From NCBI GenBank assembly GCA_050287845.1, contig JBNKCR010000054.1, positions 1 to 36,667 of the forward strand: 36,667 nt of DNA, read 5' to 3'. Numbering within the stretch: position 1 is the first letter of the stretch; every line of letters starts with the position of its first letter. The translations under genes and the position numbers were made by a program. The notes beneath the pieces were generated by a model. That model worked only from the letters and a program-made list of their open reading frames with translations, was not told the origin of the DNA and did no database searches. The DNA comes from Polyangia bacterium. GTDB lineage: Bacteria > Myxococcota_A > Polyangia > JAAYKL01. Positions 29,509 to 36,667 of the stretch are shown here, piece by piece.

Positions 29509-29676
29509 CTATTCGATGGCGCAATGAAACTCTTCCACATAAAGACCGTCTTCGGCCAGATGAATCAGATTGTCTGCGATGCTGCACGGTATGTTTCCAG
29601 TCCAAATCCACTTGTCCGGCAACGGAATTTCCCGGCAAGTCGGTATTCTGTTTTTATCTTCATATTTTTCAGTCAT
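29509..29676 (-). CDS. Candidate 55-aa small protein
   Basis: ATG..TAG ORF MTEKYEDKNR..EEFHCAIE with GGGGGTG upstream; shorter than any ORF in the supplied track. Confidence 0.35.
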   Translation of the reverse strand: MTEKYEDKNRIPTCREIPLPDKWIWTGNIPCSIADNLIHLAEDGLYVEEFHCAIE

Positions 29677-29853
29677 TTTAACGATTCACCCCCGAACCTT
29701 TCACCCGTGCATACATATAACAATTAACTTTTGTAATTTCTGTGGATAATTCAGATTTCAAAAAGAAGTATTTGTTTGCCAACAAGTGGTCAATTCTGAT
29801 ACCATTGTTCTGAAGAATTGTTCAATAAATTCAATCACCTGATAGAGTAAAAC

Positions 29854-31713
29854 ATGCGGAAATCCATTTCGCCTCCACATCAGAAATCCGGAATCACACA
29901 GGACGAGCCCATCCGGGTTCATCCTGATTACGAGATTGTCTCTCAGATAAGTACCGATACCACCGGGGTGCTGTATCGGGCAAAATCAATTCAGGACAAT
30001 ACGCCTGTGGCAATTCGGCTCTTTTCTGGCGAGGTTCGTCCCCGCAGAATCCCGGAGGAAGAAACCGCTCCTTCGCTGGCGCATATTGCAGGCGTCCGAC
30101 AGATTCTGCGTACTGAAAAAGGCATCCCCTTCGCAGTACTGGATATGCCGGAGGGCAGTTGTCTGGCACACGTCCTCAATCGGGAACCGTCACTGCCAGC
30201 CGAACTGGCCACCCGGATTGCACTGAAAGTGGCATTAATTCTCCGCGCTCTTCATGTGCACGGGATATGTCATGGACACGTGAATCCCGGAAATGTCTTT
30301 TTTAAGCCGCAGGCCGACGGGCGAATTGAAGTACAACTGGTATACCACCCATTGAACGGGAACCCGGTGGATTTCAATCTGCCGGTCTTTCTCTCTCCCG
30401 AACTCTGCGCAAGAACCGGGACGCTCAACCAATCCGACGACCTCTGGGCCGTTTCGATCCTGTTATATCGAATGCTCACCGGGGAGGTACCTTTTGCCGG
30501 CACCTCCCCCTGGGAGGTACTGAAAACAATGCGTCAGGGTCAGTTTTCCCTGTCAGGTTCGGTAAAAAGTCAGTTCCCCCTGTTCTCCATATTTTTCCAG
30601 AAAACCCTTGCTGCACGGGCTGGTGATCGCCCCGACGGTCAGCAGATGAATCTTTCTCTCAAGTCCATGCTGACCACTTTCCGCCCCCTGTCAAAGCCAT
30701 TGGACTCATCCATTCCAGCGAGTGTGTCAAAGAGCGTGCCAGTGTCGACTGACAGCGTGATGACGCTGTCGGACATTGACGACCTGTTCGAGCCAGTCGT
30801 GGAGGAAGATAGCGAAATATCACCTTTTTTTGAAACAGAAGAACAGGATGTGGACCCGGTCGAGATGCTGGAGGACCTGGAAGACTGGGAGCTCGAAGAA
30901 GCCTGGGACTTCCTTGATGATTCCGGGTTGGATGATGAGCAACAGACAATCCTTTTACTGGGGTATTATGGCCCGCACAACCTCGATATTGACGAAGAAA
31001 CCCATGAGCAGGGCAGACATTCCCGCAGTGACACCACGAAGCCCCTGGTGCTCACCTCCGTGTTGAAGGACGCAGAAATTGAAGCCGCAACGCAACCCCC
31101 CCCCGACATCTACGCAATCGACCCCGTGCAGCATTCCATTGATGATGCAGGAAACCTGCTGTATGATTCAGGGAGTAAATCCGGCAATCCGAATCTGAGC
31201 CATCCATACAAATCTTCCACATTGCGCAGCATTGACACAACACTGCTTGCCAACAGAGAACATCGCAAGGTGAAAGTGGCCCGCTTTGCGCGGAAAATCG
31301 CGCTCAACGGGGGGCTCGCAGTGGTCACATTCATCAGCGTTCTGTTCCTGTTCCGCGAAATGAAATCCGGCGAAAAAGAACCAATTCGAAAAACGGCCGC
31401 CACTCAGGTTGTGCCGAGCGAATCAGGCGCCCCGAAAACGCCCGGAACAATGGCCGATTCCGCCCGCCTGCGCAACACTGCTTCCTCCGATGCGCCAACC
31501 ACGGTTGAAAACGTTACCATTCGCCTGAATGAAGTCCCCGCTGACGCCTACATTCTGCTGAACGGTATCCGAACCAGCCTGCCCATCGTTGTACCCAAAT
31601 CACAGAAGCCGGTGGCGATAGGCGTCATTGTGGGTGATCGCATTGTATTCTCCACCACTGTCTCCCCCCTCGCCGACCAGGTCATCACTGTTGCCATGGC
31701 GGACGGGAGATGA
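29854..31713 (+). CDS. Membrane Ser/Thr pseudokinase with acidic linker and C-terminal PEGA-like domain
   Basis: Hanks-fold remnants LYRA, VAIR, HGHVNPGN, FLSPE, DLWAVSILLYRMLTGEVPF; TM GGLAVVTFISVLFLF; VPADAYILLNG. Confidence 0.85.
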   Translation: MRKSISPPHQKSGITQDEPIRVHPDYEIVSQISTDTTGVLYRAKSIQDNTPVAIRLFSGEVRPRRIPEEETAPSLAHIAGVRQILRTEKGIPFAVLDMPEGSCLAHVLNREPSLPAELATRIALKVALILRALHVHGICHGHVNPGNVFFKPQADGRIEVQLVYHPLNGNPVDFNLPVFLSPELCARTGTLNQSDDLWAVSILLYRMLTGEVPFAGTSPWEVLKTMRQGQFSLSGSVKSQFPLFSIFFQKTLAARAGDRPDGQQMNLSLKSMLTTFRPLSKPLDSSIPASVSKSVPVSTDSVMTLSDIDDLFEPVVEEDSEISPFFETEEQDVDPVEMLEDLEDWELEEAWDFLDDSGLDDEQQTILLLGYYGPHNLDIDEETHEQGRHSRSDTTKPLVLTSVLKDAEIEAATQPPPDIYAIDPVQHSIDDAGNLLYDSGSKSGNPNLSHPYKSSTLRSIDTTLLANREHRKVKVARFARKIALNGGLAVVTFISVLFLFREMKSGEKEPIRKTAATQVVPSESGAPKTPGTMADSARLRNTASSDAPTTVENVTIRLNEVPADAYILLNGIRTSLPIVVPKSQKPVAIGVIVGDRIVFSTTVSPLADQVITVAMADGR

Positions 31714-31779
31714 AGGGCAACCCATTTTTTCAACAGGATTAACGGCTTGTTGAGGCGGTTCAGGCACCCCTGATTGAGT

Positions 31780-34700
31780 CTACTCCACCACTACGCCGGT
31801 GGCGAGGCGGGAGAAGGGTCTGGGGAAGTTGCCGGTCAGGAAAAGCATGGTGTAGACGCCAATGGATTCCTGATAGTAATTGTCGTCCTGAATACTGACC
31901 GAGATGGCCTCTTCCAGAGCTTCACGCCGGATATCATCTGTGGTTTTGCCATCGTTATCGTAGAAGGTGACAAATGAAGACAACGCTGTGCCCACAAAAT
32001 AGGAGTTGTGGCTGTATGCCGGATCACAGACAATTTCCTGATCGCCCATGGAGGTCTCTCCCGAGGGACGCAGATACTGGCAGATGGTGGAGAAACGGTT
32101 GGCATTCTCCTCGGGCGGATTGTCTACCGGGAACTGCAGGGCGTAGAAATCCTGGATCAGATCCATCTTGGCCTGCACCTGACTCTTGCTGTTGTAATGC
32201 CTGGAAGAAACACCGGAAGTGGAATTGAAATTCTCATCCCCGCCATACCAGGCCCCATCAATGGCCAACCGCCACAGTCCTCTGGACCAGTTGTAGTTGT
32301 CGGTAGGTCTGCTGCAGGGAGTGTCGTAGTATCCGAAGTCTTCAAAGAGAGCCGGATGCACCCCTTCCTGGTCATAACAGCGTTCGGTGAGCTCCCACAC
32401 CGTTTCTGCGGTGCGGTACCAGAAGTCCCGATGGTTGCGTCGCTCCGATGTGGAGTACTGGGCCGGATTCAAGTTGGCCATAAGGAATTCACCGAATACC
32501 CGGAAGTATCCCGGCGGATAATACGACATATTCACATCGCCTTCGATGCCTTCAGTGTAGTCACAGGGCTCCTCGGGATAATTGGGGCAGTTCTTGTTCC
32601 ATGTATCTCCCGGTGACGGATAATACCACTCGCCATCGTACCGCGTATTCACTTCACACTCCATTTTGAGTAGCCAGTCCACCGCATCCTGGGTGTATTC
32701 CGGCCACTGCCATGCCGCATAAACGAGGCCAATGGCAATATCCACATCGCCATCGAAGGCGCTGTCTTCGCCCGACTTCAACGCCGTCGTATCGGTATCG
32801 CTGTCGGTATCCGTCTGAGAATAGTCATGTTGCTCCACCTGAAATGGTTCGCCATAGGGCTGGCAGTCTGCCGGGCTCTTCCAGTTCCATCCCATCAGAC
32901 CACCGCAGTACTTGTCCGCGGACTGGGAGAGGAAGTGATTGACAAATCGCCACAACTTGTCGAACAGCTTCTTGTCACCGATAGCCCCAGTGATTGCCAT
33001 GCCGTACCCCTGCCCTTCACTCACCGTTGGCGACACTGAATCCGATGAATCCACCCGCGCCGTGCCTTCTCCACAGGCATCATCCCCCTCGCGAACATAC
33101 TTTTCTTTCCACAACAGATAGCGCTCATACACAAAGTAATTGAGCAAATCCTGAATGGCGAAGGAATTGCCATACCACTTGGCAATAGACTGTCCATTAT
33201 AATATTCGTAGTGGGTCTCGTTCCACGGGAAATAACCATCCGATTCAATGGGCGGGCGCTTGCTCATGATTGTGTCGTCATCAGAGAAACAGAAATCATC
33301 TCCCCACGACCCGGCTTCCGCCCATTCCACGCCGTCCGGATAATAATCGGTCACGGCGTACTCCGATTGAGAATTGATGTCCGGTTTTCCGTCCCACCAG
33401 CGAAGCCACCAGCTTCCCGGCTCCGATGGGAAAGAAGGTTCCTCCTGAACGGTGTTCCATTCCGGAGAATGGTTCTTGTCCACTGCACGCCACACCGCGC
33501 CTTCAAAGAACTCCTCGTTGGGAATGGGGCAGCGGAACCAGGGGCTGGCACCTTCCTGCACACACGGGTACTCCGTATTGTTCACCTGTAAAAAGATAGA
33601 GCTGGGCATGAATTCATCCTTCGGAAAATACGTGAAGGTTTTCTGCCCGGCCCAGAGATATCTGAAATGTACAACCGATGAATCCACCGGTTTCACATCG
33701 GCGCAATCCTCCGGGGGTTCCGCGCCCCCGCATCCCGGATAATTGGGTCCGAGGTTCTCGGTATAAAAATGATACATGGTCTGGCGATAACTGAAATTAT
33801 TGCAGGCAACCCCCTGCTCGCTGATGGCGTCATCCTTCGGTCCTTCGTATACCATCCAGAATTCATCCCCTTCCGCATCGGGAATGGGCATGGAGTTCAC
33901 AATCAGACCCGACACATTGTCGTACTTGAATCCAATGGTATTTTCCGGCACCCAGTCCGACCTGGGAATCCGTACGGAGTACCACGGACAGAATCCGTCG
34001 TTGCGCTCCAGGGTGGCAACCGCATTCTGACAGGATTCCAGATTCACCATTACCGACGGCGGATATTCCCGTTCGCCAATTTCTCCGCTGGTATTGATAC
34101 CCGCGTTTTCCATCTCGCATCCGGTGCCGGCAAATCCGGTGCTGTCCGGGTCACCCCAGGGCCAGCGAAAATGCAGTGTAACAAAATCTCCGGGCTCCAC
34201 GCAGGATGGCGCTGGCTCCAGGGGATTCAGTTCCACCAGGTCGTCCGGGCGCTCCTGAGTGAACGAAAAACGATGTGACTCTTCCATCCATCCAGCAGTG
34301 AAGAAGTCATAGGTCAACTCTTCACTGGTGCCTTCGTAGAACATGGTCAGATAATCGCTGTCGGAAACCGCTGAAATATCGAGCGCTGCCGATTTCAAAT
34401 CATTATCCACATCGATGCATTCCGTATTGGGATTGTTGGGTTGCAGGTACAGCGTCTCCGTGCCTTTCGGAATACAGGTGCGGTAGTAATTGCAATTGGA
34501 GGGATGTGGACTGGCGCCGTACACAATGGACCCTTCAATGTCGGTCATCACCCGGACTGTCCGCGCCAGCGTATCGAACGGCAACGGTCCGCCGTCCGAT
34601 CCTTTGTTGTTGAGGTGAGGAGACGCATCCTTCGAAAAAATATCCTTGATACTCAGCTCCAGGTACCCGGGGGGACAATGCTCATCGGGGGGCAGAAATA

Positions 34701-35070
34701 TTTCTTCGGTTTCGGTCTCCGTATCTTCAGTCACCTCCGCGGAACAGCTGCTCCACAGGCAGTCCTCCCCGCACAGCTTCAGCCCCAGATTACCGTTTAC
34801 TTTACACTGACCAACATCTCCTGGTACACAGGCGCAACCGTTTTCATCCAGCCCACTGTCCCCGACATCCGAGTCCCCGTTGTCGTTATCGCTTCCATTG
34901 TCGTTGCCGTCATCTTCGGTGTGCGTGTCACCATTCCCGTCGTCGGACCCCGCTGAATCGTCGCCGCTGTCATCGCCGTCGACTTTGGTCGCCGCGTCCT
35001 TGCTGCAACCACTCGGTATGATCAACGCCAATGTGAAAATAATAAATAATAAGCGTTCATGATATAGCAT
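31780..35070 (-). CDS. Large lipoprotein with C-terminal GH8 domain
   Basis: GAGGGAG RBS; IPSGC lipobox; D/G-rich linker; TVSEGQGYGM, GLMGW, SAFDGDVDIA, NMSYYPPGYF, NYYQES. Confidence 0.88.
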   Translation of the reverse strand: MLYHERLLFIIFTLALIIPSGCSKDAATKVDGDDSGDDSAGSDDGNGDTHTEDDGNDNGSDNDNGDSDVGDSGLDENGCACVPGDVGQCKVNGNLGLKLCGEDCLWSSCSAEVTEDTETETEEIFLPPDEHCPPGYLELSIKDIFSKDASPHLNNKGSDGGPLPFDTLARTVRVMTDIEGSIVYGASPHPSNCNYYRTCIPKGTETLYLQPNNPNTECIDVDNDLKSAALDISAVSDSDYLTMFYEGTSEELTYDFFTAGWMEESHRFSFTQERPDDLVELNPLEPAPSCVEPGDFVTLHFRWPWGDPDSTGFAGTGCEMENAGINTSGEIGEREYPPSVMVNLESCQNAVATLERNDGFCPWYSVRIPRSDWVPENTIGFKYDNVSGLIVNSMPIPDAEGDEFWMVYEGPKDDAISEQGVACNNFSYRQTMYHFYTENLGPNYPGCGGAEPPEDCADVKPVDSSVVHFRYLWAGQKTFTYFPKDEFMPSSIFLQVNNTEYPCVQEGASPWFRCPIPNEEFFEGAVWRAVDKNHSPEWNTVQEEPSFPSEPGSWWLRWWDGKPDINSQSEYAVTDYYPDGVEWAEAGSWGDDFCFSDDDTIMSKRPPIESDGYFPWNETHYEYYNGQSIAKWYGNSFAIQDLLNYFVYERYLLWKEKYVREGDDACGEGTARVDSSDSVSPTVSEGQGYGMAITGAIGDKKLFDKLWRFVNHFLSQSADKYCGGLMGWNWKSPADCQPYGEPFQVEQHDYSQTDTDSDTDTTALKSGEDSAFDGDVDIAIGLVYAAWQWPEYTQDAVDWLLKMECEVNTRYDGEWYYPSPGDTWNKNCPNYPEEPCDYTEGIEGDVNMSYYPPGYFRVFGEFLMANLNPAQYSTSERRNHRDFWYRTAETVWELTERCYDQEGVHPALFEDFGYYDTPCSRPTDNYNWSRGLWRLAIDGAWYGGDENFNSTSGVSSRHYNSKSQVQAKMDLIQDFYALQFPVDNPPEENANRFSTICQYLRPSGETSMGDQEIVCDPAYSHNSYFVGTALSSFVTFYDNDGKTTDDIRREALEEAISVSIQDDNYYQESIGVYTMLFLTGNFPRPFSRLATGVVVE

Positions 35071-35157
35071 TGTATTTCTCCCTCGTAAGCATTCGCTATC
35101 CGTACAGAAATGCCCGAAGTTATTTCATCAGGTTATTCCATCAGCGCGCGTGGGCGC

Positions 35158-36114
35158 CTACTTTCCGCTATCGCTGTCCGGCAAAACGCAGCGATAGCCG
35201 TCGCCGCACTCATCATTATCAACACACCCCCGGTAATCACAGGACGGATACAATTCCCCCTCGGTGCGCTTCTCGCAATTGTAATTGTCTTCGTCCCAGG
35301 CCAGCTGTGCCTCATCAATGGTCCATACACAGTCCGCAGAACTTTCACAGGATTGCGTGCACCCCCGGGTACCGATATGCAGTACATCGGTGCAGACAAA
35401 CCTGGTGCCGTAATCCATGACACACTCAAATGAATTGAGACACCCCAGATACCTGCAACCGCCATCTTCACAAACCCAGTTATCCTCGTTTTCACTGTCC
35501 CCCGGCAGCGCACAATCCTGCGCGGATTCGCAGGGCGTCATACATTCTCCGGAATCCGAGCAGATGTATCCTTCCGCCGGATACTCGTCGGCGCAGTTCG
35601 CATCACTTACACAACCTGTATATTTGCACAGTCCATTTTCGCACGAAAAATTGGCTTCCCGGTGGAGCTTGTCCGCCCCCACTTCCGGGCAATCCGCCGC
35701 AGTCCCGCATTCTCGTACACACATGGCGACCGGTTCCAGCGGCGGTTCGCCGGTATCCGTATCACCGCTTTCCGTCTCGCTGACACTGTCGGAACCATCA
35801 TCGGTGTTTTCATCTCCGGTTCCGGAATCGGCGTCGGTGTCCGTATCGGTGTCCGTATCGGAATCTGTGTCCGTGTCCGTATCGGTATCAGCATCCGTAT
35901 CGGTGTCGGAGTCCGTGTCCGAATCGACATCCGCATCCGTATCCGAATCGACATCACCGTCTGGAGATGAATCTTCTTCAGAATCTGTGCCACCTCCCGC
36001 ATCGACTTTACCAAACTTGTATTCATCCGCATCGAGAAACAGCGTGCACCCAGAACCGTTCAGCACCGCGATTCCCACCAGAAATCCAACCAAAGCTCTC
36101 GAGAAAAATATCAT
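35158..36114 (-). CDS. Lipoprotein with DT linker and three tandem Cys-rich repeats
   Basis: GSGC lipobox; (D-T/S)n; repeats C-x3-C-x5-C..N(F/W/Y)xC..CxYxGC-x5-C. Confidence 0.87.
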   Translation of the reverse strand: MIFFSRALVGFLVGIAVLNGSGCTLFLDADEYKFGKVDAGGGTDSEEDSSPDGDVDSDTDADVDSDTDSDTDTDADTDTDTDTDSDTDTDTDTDADSGTGDENTDDGSDSVSETESGDTDTGEPPLEPVAMCVRECGTAADCPEVGADKLHREANFSCENGLCKYTGCVSDANCADEYPAEGYICSDSGECMTPCESAQDCALPGDSENEDNWVCEDGGCRYLGCLNSFECVMDYGTRFVCTDVLHIGTRGCTQSCESSADCVWTIDEAQLAWDEDNYNCEKRTEGELYPSCDYRGCVDNDECGDGYRCVLPDSDSGK

Positions 36115-36116
36115 AT

Positions 36117-36667
36117 CTAAAATCTCCCCTTGATCATAATTCCTGCACCACTTCGACTACTATACGGTTCGACACGCCAGATACCGATCTCCCTCGATTC
36201 TCTTTGCTCAGCATTTTTCTTTTGACCGATAATCGCCAACGTTCCGCCGGTAACGACCGCTACCCCACCTAGCGGAATGAGCACAGTCGCTGCCGTACCG
36301 AGAGCGATGGTGCTATTCGCGAGATCCCTGTTGCTTTCCGAGCAGATCTTTTCTTTGTTCGGACATTTTTCCGCCAATTGGCTGTCTTTGGACAATGCCT
36401 TTGACCCCGTGACGATACCAGCGACCAACGCGGCGCCACCAAGGCTTGCCGTTAAAAGACCGATGGTTGTCAGTGGAGACTTGGCTGACTTCGGCGGCAA
36501 CTTGACAACCGGTTCCTCCGGTGTTGACTCGCTGGTATCTTCATCAATCTCATTCGGCGGCTCCTTGGGCACCGGTTCAACCACCGGCGCGGGTGTCGGC
36601 GTCGGTTCAAGCGCAACCTCAGGCGCCTGAATCGTGATGGTCTCACCAGGTTTCACCGCATATGTTT
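36117..36667 (-). CDS. Partial membrane protein, C-terminus typical of myxobacterial PEGA/TPR proteins
   Basis: Frame open to window edge; Pro-rich linker, two Gly/Ala-rich hydrophobic helices with a Cys pair between, terminal GAGIMIKGRF. Confidence 0.72.
   Translation of the reverse strand, partial: TYAVKPGETITIQAPEVALEPTPTPAPVVEPVPKEPPNEIDEDTSESTPEEPVVKLPPKSAKSPLTTIGLLTASLGGAALVAGIVTGSKALSKDSQLAEKCPNKEKICSESNRDLANSTIALGTAATVLIPLGGVAVVTGGTLAIIGQKKNAEQRESREIGIWRVEPYSSRSGAGIMIKGRF

Noticed and set aside
31725..31755. TCAACAGG/CTTGTTGA hairpin between convergent genes
   Set aside because: Weak stem, and the T-run precedes rather than follows it; not called a terminator.

Overview
Gene-dense bacterial window. 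Its gene content (TonB-fused receptor, Myxococcus-type Cys-rich repeats, fibro-slime, PEGA-type proteins, Asp-Thr-repeat lipoproteins) suggests a Myxococcota/deltaproteobacterial genome; this is inferred. The main candidate system is a divergent 11-kb locus (628-11676). The leftward arm is PspA/IM30 (bacterial ESCRT-III), a tandem AAA+ ATPase, a TerB-like protein and a membrane transglutaminase-like protein. The rightward arm is a coiled-coil protein, a substrate-binding/OmpA fusion, a Tau/Ssu-type ABC permease and ATPase, a TM/coiled-coil protein and a RaSEA-like radical SAM protein. Other notable items: two tandem hairpin MITE-like elements with a shared core (1-302); a His-less stand-alone DHp protein; a SufS-like enzyme that appears to be a single-chain pseudo-dimer; a membrane pseudokinase; folK-folE; and several (D-T/S)n-linker lipoproteins (GH16, fibro-slime, GH8, Cys-rich) around a GT4 gene. 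No rRNA, tRNA or CRISPR array was seen. All family calls come from motif recognition by eye; no searches were run.
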